Source: Cycas panzhihuaensis (taxonomy: Eukaryota > Plantae > Cycadophyta). From it: a DNA stretch of 64,000 nt. Both the position numbers and the translations under genes were made by a program. Each line of letters opens with the position of its first letter. Positions within the stretch are counted from its first letter, which is position 1. Under the pieces are notes generated by a model. That model saw nothing but the letters and a program-made list of their open reading frames with translations. It was not told where the DNA came from and made no database searches. The DNA lies in the NCBI GenBank assembly GCA_023213395.1, contig CM041465.1, positions 221,719,741 to 221,783,740 on the forward strand. The letters are read 5' to 3'. Shown piece by piece: positions 18,590 to 32,429 of this stretch.

Positions 18590-19240
18590 CCATGTGACAT
18601 GGTGACATGTAAACTATAAGGACATTGCATGCTTAATTCCTTATATATAAAAGGTGTTGACCAACTTTGATGAATAGGTTATGGAGGAATACAACTAGGA
18701 CAAACTTTGATGAACATAGGATGAAGTAGTTCAACTATCATTTATGTTTTTATCTAAGGACACAAAGATGGAATAGATATTTTATAGATATATTGGTGAT
18801 CTTTACTCACATGATGTGAAGCAAACTTATAGGTGAATTTTGATTATATAGGTGGTAGTATATTCCAGTAACAAGGATAGATATAAAAAGTGTTACATCA
18901 ATGCAAGATTGTATTTTACATTTATGACATCAAAGTGCTTCATTTTATCACTTAGTTAAGGTTCCACTAATTGAAATTATACAATGAATTCATGATAATA
19001 GAATTGTAGAGATTATATTTGCATGATTTTTGTGATTTGTTAGCATGATTAGATGGAGCTAATTATCCAAGATTATATCACTTTATAAGGACTTAAACCC
19101 AATGCTAATTCTAAGTAAGGTGAAGACAAATTTAGTTTAGGTACTAAAGGAGAAAGACAAGCATAAACAAGAAGGATACATGAAGCATCTTGAAAAGATA
19201 AAATTGGCAATGTGACAAAAAAATATAGATAAAATATTAA
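18590..19240 (+). pseudogene. Ty1/Copia RT and RNase H remnants of element A
   Basis: DMV.CKL...(K)FDE.VM (~18595-18685), a YVDD-like IYW*SL/YIGDL region (~18790), then RNase H-like F.L....W and EAEYIAC-like DYIA (~18940-19025), ending at the PPT. Confidence 0.55.
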
Positions 19241-20223
19241 GGGGGACTATTAGAAAGTAATGTTTAATCCATGGTCAATTTATAAGGTTAATGCTTGGTG
19301 GTAATTTAATAATGTCTAATGGTGATATTATTGTGGTGGAGTTTTTAGACATTAGGCATACTCTCTTAAAGTTGTAATAAGTATAAGAAATATTAATTAT
19401 TATACAAACTCTCATTTGATTGGTTATTATTAAGGTTCTCACACATGATGTCATTGAAAGATAATTGATGCAACCTCATTGATCATTAATGAGGTGAAGT
19501 ACTTCTATATAAGAGCATTCCATAATCATTATAACTTATGAAGAAACTCAATGCTTCCCTAATGGAACTCAATGTGGTCTCATCATATACTTATTGAATA
19601 TCATCAATAATGAGATCTCATATATTTTATGGTGGAAGTTTCCTTATCTTAAGGTTTTACCATATTAAACCTTAAGTTTTAATATTGATTATTTGGTGTT
19701 CATTTATTATTCATTATTGGTGATTATATGCTCTTGTGATGATCATGTGTTATACTTTAATCTTAATAATGAATGCTTCCATGTTGATGTGATTCAATCC
19801 TATGGTAATTATAAGGTGTTTGATAGTTATCACTATAATGCTATTAAACCCAAAAGATCTGATAAGTACATCATGCACCATTATGAAAAATACAATAATA
19901 CATGATATGTCATTCTAAAAAATAAGAATAAAAATGGTACGTTATCTCTTTATAGTGGTACACTGACATTATTTATAATTGTACAAGTATATAGAACAAT
20001 GGTACATTATGCATTATTACAAAAAATATGATAATACAAAATGTACTATTATAGAATTTGTAAGTTAGGTGAAAAATGTTGGCTTAACTTCTAAAGGATG
20101 ACTCTATTAGGGTTTTTGCCTTGGCTCCATAATCGTGTCCTTCTAAAGTGTAAAGTTATTTTGTAATCAACTCTATAGGTTATTTTTCTCCCTAAAGGGT
20201 TGGATCAAGTATGTTTTGATCTA

Positions 20224-22119
20224 TCTTAGAATGTTAATGTAATCTTTATGTTCTTTTTAAAGTTCATATTTAAGTCACATGTCTAAATGTATATTTAAGT
20301 TATCATAATGTTTACACTTTAATGTTTATTAATTTATCTTATGTGAAAGGTGGTTGAAATGTAGAACTACATTTCAACAAACCTTTCATTGTATAAATTC
20401 ATCTCCTAGATTCAAGGAGATGGTTCCATGAATCTAGGAGGGTGTCTATATGCCTTTTCAAAGGCTGGTTTAGGTGTTAGGTGGTTTACCTATTTGATTT
20501 TCTATTTACAGCTATTCTTAATAAAAATAGAACTTTAGGAGGTGGTTTTTCTTCCCCAGAAGGGGTTTTCCACCTGTCAACATGTGTACATATATAATTT
20601 CATTTGTTTTCCTATAGTTTTATGTTTAATCTAATCCTATGATGTTATATATGTGCCTATTCTCACATGGTATCAGAGCTGTAGTCTTTCAAAATCAATC
20701 TAAGACCTGGAGGCCTAGGTGGTCTCTTATCCTTCTCCAAATATGGCAAGGATACTTGGCTCTGCTGTTCAATATGTGATGACATTATAGATAGCTGAAG
20801 ATCTTTGGTTAAAAGCATGCATCTTCCATTCCTTCCACTTGACTCTTGATGCTAACTCTGCTTAAAATCCAGAGTCCCTGGAGACGCTTTTCTAGGGAAG
20901 GTTACTCCTTGCTGATGTAATGCTCCACCTATTTGCTGTGAAGAAGCAGAACCTTTGATCATTGACGTCTGACACCTCTGAAGTTAAAACCCCACATCCA
21001 TACTATCTGTAACTCTGTACAAGCTGCTTGTACAAAAGATTCAATAAGCATCTTTTTATCCTTTGTTTCAACTGCATCTTTCTTAGTCTTTTATGTTGAT
21101 ATCTTATTCTCCCAGCATTGCTATTGTTCCTTCTATGAAACCAAAACATATATTGATTTGTCTTTATTGCTTGCAACCCTTGTCTTGTCCCTTAATACAT
21201 ACCTGCTCCTCTCAAAACCCCTTATGGGGAAGAAAAATCACCTCCTAAAGCTCTATTTTTATTAAGAATAGCTGTAAATAGAAAATCAAACAGGTAAACC
21301 ACCTAACACCTAAACTAGCCTTTGAAAAGACATACAGACAACCCTCCTAGATTCATGGAACCATCTCCTTGAATCTAGAAGATGAATTTATGCAATAAAA
21401 GGTTCGTTGAAATGCAGTTCTGCATTTCAACCACCTTTCATATAAGATAAATTAATAAACATTAAAGTGTAAACATTATGATAACTTAAATATACATTTA
21501 GACATGTGACTTAAATATGAACTTTAAAAAGAACATAAAGATTACATTAACATTCTAACATCCCCCTTTAATGTAAACTTTTGTGTTGCAGATAAAAGAA
21601 GTCTCCATCAAAGGGGGATCACCGTGATCAAGACCTTCTTTTTCTACAACACAAAAGTTTACATTAAAGGGGGATGTTAGAATGTTAATGTAATCTTTAT
21701 GTTCTTTTTAAAGTTCATATTTAAGTCACGTGTCTAAATGTATATTTAAGTTATCATAATGTTTACACTTTAATGTTTATTAATTTATCTTATGTGAAAG
21801 GTGGTTGAAATGCAGAACTACATTTCAACGAACCTTTTGTTGTATAAATTCATCTCCTAGATTCAAGGAGATGGTTCCATGAATCTAGGAGGGATGCCTG
21901 TATGCCTTTTCAAAGGTTGGTTTAGGTGTTAGGTGGTTTACCTGTTTGATTTTCTATTTACAGCTATTCTTAATAAAAATAGAACTTTAGGAGGTGGTTT
22001 TCCTTCCCCAAAAGGGGTTTTCCACCTATCAACCTGTGTACATGTGTAATTTCATTTGTTTTCTTGTGGTTTTATGTTTAATCTGATCCTATGATGTTAT
22101 ACATGTGCTTATTCTCATA
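20224..22119 (+). mobile_element. Small non-coding (TRIM-like) LTR element with an internal inverted LTR copy, inserted in the L1 5' region
   Basis: LTRs 20224-20667 and 21675-22119 are highly similar. Perfect PBS TGGTATCAGAGC 20668-20679, PPT AAAGGGGGA 21666-21674, perfect TSD ATCTA (20219-20223 / 22120-22124). No ORF. Confidence 0.95.
21214..22021. repeat. ~390 bp inverted repeat (arms 21214-21604 and 21631-22021, 26-nt loop)
   Basis: 21214-21560 is the reverse complement of the first ~347 bp of the LTR. 21561-21604 is the reverse complement of the PPT plus upstream bases. Confidence 0.95.
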
Positions 22120-22830
22120 ATCTATATGGAGGGGTGGTTTACTCTATAGAATTTCCTTATATTTATGATGGTGTTTTATTATCTTTTAACCTAACATTTT
22201 TTTTATTCTCAATATATTAGTAACTAACCATCCTCTAGGTTTTCATTATGTTTGAGGTTAGTTGGGGGTTAGTTGGGGTTAGGTGGACCTCATCTCCTTT
22301 TGTCCTCTCTATTTTAAGGGGGTTATTACAAGCCTAGAAAGCTATTAAGGGTAGATTCTTATTGTGAGGCAAGCCAGTGCTAATTGTGCTCTTTTCTTGA
22401 GGAAACTATAGTCTTATGACCTTCTCTTACTATTAAGCCAACTTTTTACTATTAATCATTAAGAGTTATTTAGGGCTTTGAAGGCAATAAAGTTGTAGCT
22501 TTAAAGTGCTATAATTTTTGTCTCTAAAAGTGATTGATTCAAACCCTTCATAGAAATATTTTATCTTTTCAAATAGCCTCTTTTCTTGCTTCTCCATTTT
22601 CTCTTCAAAACTAAGATCTTCTAGCTTAGTTCTAAGATTTCTAGTAGTAGTTATTATTTTATTTCCTTGGTATGGGTTTGGAAAGTGTTTTAAATACATA
22701 TTAGGTTATTATATACTCTTAGTAGTTTGTTAATAAATTATCTCTGAGATTGGGTGGACATAATCTCTTTTCTTTTATCCCATGGTTCATATTTATGTTC
22801 TTAATTTTCTTTTGGGCTGGGGAGGGTGAG

Positions 22831-24560
22831 GATGAAAACCTCTCTTAGTTGTCCTTCAAAGAGATTCTAGTGGAAACATACCAAAGCAAAAATCCTCCTC
22901 TAAATAAAATACAAAATCTTAACAAACCTCATTTTCAAGCTATAAAAGACAACATTAGGCAGAATAACTCTCTAAATGGATGTTGAGGGAATGTGTTGAT
23001 TAATCCTAGGTTACAAATTACTTATTAGGCCTATAAGTGAAAGAACATGTATTTGAGGAACTATGCCTTAATCTATAAGTTCTTAAAATTGTGGCCTTCA
23101 TAGATTTCCCTAAGGAAATGGGTTAAGGATAGATGAGGTGATAAACATAACCTTAAAGAGGATATCTACATTAAGCTTGAAGTGAAAGGCTTCTTTACTA
23201 TGAATTTTTCTACTCAAGAAGATAGAAACAAAGTTTTTGAAGGAGGTCTATATTTTTTGAATTCTTCAAAACTATATATGAGATTTGAGACCCCTCATTT
23301 AAACCCTGATAGCCCCAATCTAGATAAAGTTGTATTCCCTTCCTTTAGAATTTTGGAATGAAGAAATTTTGAAAGATATTGGAAATTCCTTAGGTATTTA
23401 TATCAAGCATCAAGAGTTACCTTAGAAAAGCACTATACTATTTATACTAGAATTTATATTCATATGGACTTATCATTTCCTCTCCCCAAAAGAAATCATT
23501 CTAGAATTTGAAGGAGGAGAATGGATTAAATAGGTTGATTATGAGTAGATCCTATTTAAATGTAGGATTTACCATAAGCATGGCCATCTTTAGAGAGACT
23601 ACTTAATTTAAAATATTATCAAGAAGGATATTGAGACAAATTACGATGGTTTTTAATTAGTGAAAAATAGGATGGCCTATGGCAACATGAAATGGATCAA
23701 GAAATCTTTCCTATAATCCCCTAGTCTTAATAGATTTAATACTCTTAGAGAAGAAAAGTAGGAAGCTACAGAGGTAAACTTTGTGGGAGAATTCTAATCT
23801 TTTTATTAGATGTAGACAAAAGATGTAGAAATACAAGGTAAAATTTTAGAGATTAAAACAATAGGAATAAAGGATAATATAACAATGCTTAAGGATTTAA
23901 ATGATATAATTTATAATTATGGATTAGATCAGGGTTGTCCTTTCAAACAACTTGAGGAAGTCCCTCCTCCACCTACTATGGTTGGTAGGGAGGACCATCT
24001 TAATGATATCAAAGATGTATTGTAGAGGCTAGAAGATCCTATTTTGGAGGATCAAAATCCCTTCACAAGTTGTAATGTCTATGACTAGGTGATATAGCTT
24101 AGAGCCCTAATATTAAGAGCCCCCCAAGTAATGTTGTACAAGGAGAAGAGATTCAAAAGTTATTCTTCATCTGTCTAGAGGGCTTGAATTAAAATGATCC
24201 CTCTATGGACCCAAATGGGAGACCTAAAAGTACCTCTAAGGGTATGAGTAAAACCTAGAGTTGGGGTGAGTAGTCATTCTATTCCAATAATTTAAGGTTA
24301 CTATTAGAGAAAGTCCATCCATAATGAATAACCATCAAGATAATGGGAAATTGGAAAAATGAGTGAAAAAATTCAAGAATGTAAGATCAATAAAGCTTAG
24401 TATTAAAGCTCTTAACTATAAAACCCAAAAGGAGGAAACCCTTAAAGGGAAAAAGAGGAGAAAATCTAATATGGAGAAAATTCTTGTTGAGAAGTAATTC
24501 CTAGTTAGCTTTAGTCAAACCTAAACTTTGCAGGAAGTTTACTTCTAATGAAAAGAAAAT
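22831..24560 (+). pseudogene. L1 ORF1 remnant (DUF4283-like region + CX2CX4H zinc knuckle)
   Basis: KGFFTMNFSTQEDRNKVFEGG.YF (~23185-23260) and VDYE*ILFKCRIYHKHGHL (~23534-23590). Start is approximate. Confidence 0.75.
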
Positions 24561-24568
24561 CCCTAAGA

Positions 24569-27500
24569 ATGAAGCTACTTTCATGGAATGTTTAAGGCTT
24601 AAATATTATGTCTAAGTAAAGAAATATCAAGTATAAAATCATTTTTAAGAAGTTGGATATTTTCTTGATTCAAGAAATAAAATTGGATTTAGATAAGATG
24701 TCCATGATCTCTCAAAAAGTTTGGAAAGAGAGTTGTGTTATGGCTATCGGATTTATTGGGGCCTCAAGAGGTTTGGCTACCTCATAGGATCTTAGAGGGG
24801 TACAATTGATACATTATGATAGGGATAGTATATGGATCAATGGTTAGTTCATTTTTGTAGCATCTATATTGATTGTTAATATTGCTAATCATTATACCCC
24901 ACTTATCTTAATTAAAAACTCTCTTGTTGGAACCCACTTGAAGAGATTAGGAAGAACCTTCAAGATGGCCATTAGGTTTTGAGTGATGACTTTAATACCA
25001 TTCTTAAATTGAATGAGAAAAAAGGAGGAGTTAAGATCCTAGATCAGATAAGCATCATCCTCTAGGAGCAGATTTTGCATCAGGGGATTTTAGATATCCT
25101 TCCTCAAGAGGGTAACTTCACCTAGAACAATCGTAATGGAATAAAGCTCAAAGTACAAAAAGATTGGACAGATTCTTGGTTAATGAGAGTCTTATAAATA
25201 CAAACATTATTATGGAATTCAACATTATAAAGGGAAGTAAATTAGATCATTGGCCCATTAGCCTTAGCATTATAGAAGATGTTAGATCAAGGAATTCTTC
25301 CTTTAAATTTGAAAAAATATTGCTCACCCATATGGATTTTAAAAGGAATGTTAAACAATGATGGCAGGATGGTAAATCAAGGAAAGGTAACTTTATATTT
25401 TGCTTAGGATAAAAGATTAAATTTCTTAAAAATAAAACTAAGAAATAGAATAGGTAGGTATTTAGAGATATTTTTGAGTGAAAAAAAACTCTTGATGAGA
25501 AAATAACATAGATCTAAGTAAAGATTATAAGAGAATGGATATACAATGAGGTTATATTTTAGGAGGAATCTCTTCAAAAGGAAATTAACAATTAAAAAAA
25601 TAAAGGAAGAACTCTTTTGGAAATAGAAGTCTAGAATTTATTGGCTCTAGGAAGGAGATAAGAATTCAAAATTCTTTCACTAGATGATTCTAAAACATTA
25701 AAGTTTTAATAGAGTCCTATAATTAGGGAAATAAGATAAAAGTATTCTTAACTCTTTGCCTAAAATAAAGGAGGAGTTTAGTACATTTTTTATAAAAATG
25801 GAACCTAAACCATCTTTGTCTTGGGAGGAAGCATCTGCTAAAGTCTACTTTGTCATTCCAAGGATAGTTTTAGAGGATCATAATAGATTTTTTTTCAAAG
25901 AAGTAACTAAGGAAGAAGTCTAGAATATAGTCTTTAATATAAAACTAGGGAAGGCTTTGAGCCCATATGGATTTTTGACTGATTTCTACTAATCCTTTTG
26001 GCATATTATCGAAGATAATGTGGTTGAAGCAATAAAGGAATCTAGAATATCTTGTAAAATGCTCTAGTCTCTCAATACCCCATTTTTAACCTTCATTCCT
26101 AAAGAACATGATCCCCTAATAATGGATAAGTATAGGCCAATTTCCTTATGCAATACATCTTATGAAATAATTTTTAAGGTTATGTATAATAGGTTGAAAG
26201 ATATTCTCCTTAGCTTAACCTCTCAAGAATAAGGTGGATTTATGGTAGGTAAGAAAATCTTGGATGGAATTATTATTGTCATGGAAATAATCCATTCCAT
26301 GAGACAGGGTTAAAAGAATGGAATGTTAATAAAATTATACATGTCAAAAGCGTATGGTTAATTAAACTAGGGTTTTGGGAAGTCATGAATGGGGAATGCA
26401 CCTTATTTTGGGAGGACTCATGGGAAGCACATAAGACTTCAAGACTTAAAGGGGAGTTATATGATGTAAGGATAACATTCTCTAAGAATGTGTGGCCTAA
26501 GGTTTTAGACTTCATGGCAAACACCTCCTTTAGGGAGGATGGTGGTTCCTCTATTTTAAGGGAATGAGAATATCCAAAGTCTTAGCTAATAGATATTGCT
26601 TTAGGGGATAAAATTTGACTATGGAGTGTCTTGAGTAAAAGGATACTCCCTTACAAATCATGCATTGATGTTTTAAGATAGGGCCAAATTGGGATAGGCC
26701 CCTTCTCGATTAAACAAGCATATAACCTTTATGTTGAGAAGGAGAAGTTGTCATACTATGGAAAGGTTTAGAAGAGAATTTGAAAACTAGAACTATGGGA
26801 AAAGTGTTAGTGTTTTTATGGGAATTGGCATATAATAACATCCTCACATGGGATAACCTTAGAAAGATAGGTTTCATGAGCCTCTCTAGATGTGTCCTTT
26901 ATGTTGAAATTCAAGAAGACATCAACTATCTCTTTTTTATATATAGAGGTATTTCTTAGTGCTGGGACCACTTTGAAATGACTTTTAGAGCCATGATTCC
27001 AAGAGGGTAAAAAATTCAAAGCCTTCTAGAAGGATAGAGAAATCTCCAAGTGGGCTCCCTAATTCTTTGGAAGGCTTAGTATTTAATCCCAAGTTTTATG
27101 TTATGGAATGCTTAGAAGGAGCATAATGAAAGAATTTTTAGAGATAGAGTTAGGCTTATGACCTAGGTAATCTAAAGATCTATAAATAATATATAAAAGA
27201 CTTAAAAATTGATGGAGAAAAGAGTTTGACCATAATAGAGTCCTTTGGGTGCCTCATTAAGTTGGAATATTTAAAGCTAATTTTGGTGATACCTTGAAAG
27301 GGAATCTAGGTAAAGCTGGTCTTGGTGGGATTATCAAGGATCATAATAGTAATGCCAGGCACCTTTTTGCTCAAAATATTAGATAAAATATAAATAATAT
27401 AGCAAAATCAATGACAAGATTTTCCATTCATAAATTAGGAGACTAGGCCTAGAAAAGGTCTATTTAGAGGGAGGTTCAAAGTTTATTATTAGATTACTCT

Positions 27501-27700
27501 AAATAAATGAGAATAAAGTAGAGGTTAGTAACTGGAATATTATTTATATGTTGAAAGAAATGATGCATCTAATAAATAAGTTTGAAGAGGTTTATTTTAA
27601 TCATATCAAAAGAGTAGTGAATAAGATTATTTATCTCCTAGCCAATTTAGAGGTAATGGGCTAATGGAGTGAGATAAAGATAAATTCAGACTTGGAGAAG
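24569..27700 (+). pseudogene. L1 ORF2 remnant: APE endonuclease, partial RT, zf-RVT, RNase H
   Basis: MKLLSWNV*GLN (24569), FLIQEIK, DDFNTIL, LDRFLV, DHWPI, WL*EGDKNSKFFH, YRPISLCN, KLYMSKAYG, then directly FWEDSW, ILTWDNLRK (zf-RVT) and KANFGDTLKGNLGKAGLGGIIKDH (RNase H). Confidence 0.9.
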
Positions 27701-30700
27701 GTAAATAACCTTTAAAAAAAAGGATATCCTTCAATATGGAAGGAGATAATTTATAGCTATAAATTTGATCTAGACAAATCTTTTGACCATCTAATTAGCA
27801 GGGGGTCATTGATACATCTTAGTATCAAATGATGTATTAATTATCTTGTATTATTGGTAAACTAATTTTGGAGCAGTAATCTAAGTTGGAAGATCTCCAT
27901 ATTTTTTGTTAGAGTAGATGGTTATTGGACTATGTTTCTTGTTTATCTTTGATTACTAACATCACGCGGTTGAGTTGTTTAATGGTATAAATATGGAATA
28001 AGTTGTATTATTATTTTTTATATCCTTTGTAATTAGGTTATTACCTTATGTTCCTTGAGTAGCTTTATTATGCCTTCTCTTGCTATGGGTTAGATATCTT
28101 ATGTACTTTATTATAAATTTTTATAGTATAATATTAATTCTTATATTTATGAATTTAAAAAAAAGATTACTATTACAAAATATAAATGGTACATTCTCGT
28201 ACTATTTTACAATCATGATCATATAAAAAAATTATAAATTTAATATATTTAACTATGTATTCTTATACTAAATTGATTGTATTTTCTCATAGGAGGGGAC
28301 ATGGAGTTAATACTCCATCTCCCAAACACTATTGTACCTCCCCCACCCCTCCTCCCCCAACCCCCCCATTTTGGGTTAAAAAAAACTTATTTTTTGCCTA
28401 TTGATTTCTTCTAAGATTATTTCCATCTCATGCATAGATAAAAATGGATTAAATTCCTCCTTATAACATTAATAGGATGGGTAGAAAATATTTAATTTTC
28501 ACCCATAGTTTTCTCAAAACATTGGGTCCCTTTTCCACCTAACAAACTCTTTAAATAGGGGCCACATTTCAAAGTTGAGGAGGAATAGAAATGCAATAAA
28601 GTGCTACTAAAGTTTTGATTAAATTCTTACATCTACTTGAAGCTTATCGATATTGGTTTTTGAAAATATTTGGAGGAGCTTAGACTATAAATTTAAAGTG
28701 GCAATAACTAGAAACTTGGGGTATTAAGCCATTAAATTAGTAACCAGGGGTGAATTTATGGTAAAAAACCTTCTCAAGACATACAATTGTGACTATTATT
28801 TTTATTCTCTTTTGTCTCTCTTATTTATCAATTTTCCAATTGATTTGTGCTTATTTATTGCCTCAATTTTCATCCATGCTTCACTTATTTTTGTTATTTC
28901 TTTTAGACAAAGGGATTAGTCCAAGATTATAAGAGGATTTGGAGTCATTTGGGCTCATTCATGGTGGTGGAAAACTATAATTGAGGCCTCCAATATATTT
29001 CATTTCACATCTGATACTTAGAGATTATATTTTTTGAGATTAACTACAAATAATATTTCTATATATAACATTTTAAAGCTAATATTCTAGGTAATTAAGT
29101 AATTGAAGGGATTATATTGTAGATAGCAAAAAGAAAAGTCTCTTAAGGTTTGATCCATTTCTTTTTTAATTTCACTTGCCTATTAGGTAGAGCAAGTATT
29201 ACCCAAATCATACTATGTATGCTCCCATCTTGTTGGAATATTAAAATATTAGAGAAAATTATGGACATATTTACTAATACACATTTATCTATGAAATACT
29301 CAAAAAAAGTAGGCCCTGTAATAAAGACAAAATCTACCATACAAAGACATCAATAGCATATGAGATGATATATTGTATGGCATGTAGTATAACATATTAC
29401 ATAGTATGTAATATTCTAAAAAATAAAAATAATAAAAGTATCCTATGATACTATTTGTTTCACTAAAATTAGGCCTCTTTACTTGATTAAGATATTTACT
29501 ATAGATTATTTAATGATGGACTCTGGTATGCGCATTTTGTTGTATATTTGCTTTTGTGTAGAGTTGGTGTTTGATTATTGATTCACCGTATCATGGATTA
29601 GTTATGTTTGCATATACATTTAGACTTTTATGATGTTATTTTAGGTTATGATATGATGAATGAATGGTTGATTATATGTGATGATAATTATCCACTTGTC
29701 AATGACTAATACTATGGAGAATGTCTTATCTTCTACCCAATATGAAATCATCTTATTTAACTTTCTCATTCGTTGTTCTATTTTCTATTTAATGTTGTTT
29801 CAATTTACCTTATTTAATTTTGTTGACATGTTTAACCCCATTTTTTGGCTTTGAGTCTTACTAATTTTAGCTTCATCAATTAGTGTTTGAGTTAAATAAT
29901 CTTTAGTAGACTTATTCATGTGAGAAAAACTTCATTTCTTTTGAATTTTCAATCATTTCTTCTTGATTGCATTTTTAGTTATGCCAAAAACATGAATTTA
30001 TTGATAAAGTGTGACTATTGTATTTTATTAAGAAAATCACATTTTTCGATCCTTAATAAAATATGACAATTACATTTTTTGAAGGAAATCACATTTCTTA
30101 TCCTTAATAAAATGCAACCATTACATTTTATGAAGGAAATCGCATTTTTTATTGTGCTACTCATAAATTTTTGTAGCAAGAACATTGATTTCCCTTTCTT
30201 TCTTAGTGATCGTCACGGAGATCTTTAGGGACTTCTTGCCTAACATTCTTCAACTACCTCTCAACCTCTAAAAATAATTCATGCATAGTTTTGGTGGGAA
30301 ATTAATGAGATCATGACCAAAAATCATAATTTCTAATTGAGATTAATTCCATGATCTAGGAGAGTTGGGGGTAGGAAAGGGGAGTCTAGTAGCATCCATT
30401 AGAAAATATTAGCAACTATAGAGTCTAGTTGTGACCTTTTTTTATAGAGTTCAGTGTTTTGCTTATGTGTATAAATTTTCAAGTGATTTTTCTATTAAGA
30501 TTACCTAGCTTTTAGTGAGATTTAGCTTGTCTTACCTACACTATTTTAGATTCGATCAGGTATTCATTCCTATAAGACTTAGTTCAACTATTGTGAGGAA
30601 TAGTGGGCTATATTTACCTTATCTCATACTTAGTTCTTAGGTTTTCTTACTTATTCATCCATTGAAATTGATCTCCTACAACTTTCACTACCTTTGCTTC

Positions 30701-32429
30701 TGTTGTTTACCTTATCTACTAATACATTTATCATCATGTCTACCATCCTCATGGCCTTAAAGACTTGATGATGAAGATTAGGCAGGAACTTAGCGCCATT
30801 CTAAGGTAAATATTATTGGATTTAATAATCTTTAAGGTAAAATTATTTGGTTTTATTACTAGTGGATCTTATTTAAAAGGTTAAAAAAAATATTTCAAAA
30901 AAAAAAAGTTTTCGTGTTCTTGTTATTTATCTCTCATCACTTCTGAAGTTACATGATGCAATGGTATGTTTGACTTGTTGTAAATGCTTTAATCCTTTTA
31001 TTTATATACCTTTTACTCTCTAATTCTCTTTTCCTCATAATTCTCAATGAGTTTGGCCCTTTAAAGGGTTGGTATATAGATTCGTAAACTGTTGAGAAGA
31101 GGTAGAATTAGAAATTGGAGAAACTTATTGGTTGAAATAGATCATTTCCTTACATGCAAAAGGTTATCTTCTATTATGTGATAATTACAAATTAGTTTGA
31201 CTTGTTTCAATAATTGTATATATAAGATATTGTTATTTTTACCTATTTTTAGAACACTTATGTTTTTCAACTTTTATCATTGAGTTTAACTTGGATACAA
31301 ATGAGGGATTCCAAATGAGAAGAGTTGTTTCAATGTCAAATCTAATCACTAGGTACACAAATATTTTTTCTTTAAAGATCTTTTTCCTTTCTTGGTTTTA
31401 AAATTATTAAATATGTGAAATTAAAAAAAGAAACCAAAGTAGATTATCTCTTGTTTCTAGCTTGTTTACTTTGATTACTTTTATTTGTTACATCTACATA
31501 CATAAGAAAAAAGAAAAAATCTCCATTTTGCATGGTTTAATGTTGTGAGTTTTTGGCTTGAGCTCATAATTAATTCATTACCTATCTCTTTACTTTTCGC
31601 ATTCTATTGAATATACCCAATAGGTAGAAAAAGAGTAAAAAAGTAAGTGGTAGGATAACCATAAGTATAATTTTCATGCCTAGATCTCCCTCATCTCTTA
31701 TGTCCTTTTTACTTGTACTTACTTGCATGCATGTTGTTTAATATCTTCATGCAAACAAAAGATGTATCATAGTTGTTGCATGTGGGTTTAGTTTGATTTA
31801 TTTTAGTTTCTCATTGTATACAAATGCTTCTATTTTGATTGGTTGTTATTCCTTTTATTTAGAGTTTATCCATAAATAAGCAAGGACTCCTCTTTAAGAG
31901 TTGGTGAAAAGGCTTGTACTTTAGACTAGTCACTATAGTTCCCCTATTATAGTTGGCCCAAAGCCAACAAACCATTTTCTAGTGACCATATTTAGAAAGT
32001 TATTGAAACTTCCTATCTACGAGTGTTAAACCCATGACTTTTATTTCCTATGTCATAAAGCGCCTTGTTGAGATCCTTTGCAATACATTCTTGCTTGTTC
32101 TATAGTTCACTATGCATCTATTTCTTATCATGGTCATAGAGCATCCATGTCTCATCTTTATACCCCTCTTGCATATTCTTATGAGTAGAACCTACCTTGG
32201 CTTTCTTCTACTTTTTTTTACACTCATACCCCAATGCATGAGCTTGTTGGACAAACGCCTCATGGTCATGTATCCTCCTCAAATACAAGCCCTAATGGTT
32301 ATGCTCAAACCTATCCCACACATTCAACCTTTATCTCATGATAATCCCCTTCTCATATTGTCATATCATTTATAGGTAGGATTATCTATAAGAAGATCCT
32401 TTTTCCCATATAAGGTTTTCCTTTGTAGT

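Larger units (their letters stand above)
20058..28164 (+). mobile_element. L1-clade LINE retrotransposon, near full length, decayed
   Basis: ORF1 and ORF2 remnants (listed separately), an A-tail at 28157-28164, and an imperfect TSD TACTATTATAGAAT (20044-20057) / TACTATTACAAAAT (28168-28181). The 5' boundary rests on this TSD. Confidence 0.8.

Noticed and set aside
20668-20679. tRNA-complementary sequences (also 7596, 15793, 40212, 61080)
   Set aside because: These are primer-binding sites, not tRNA genes; no cloverleaf.
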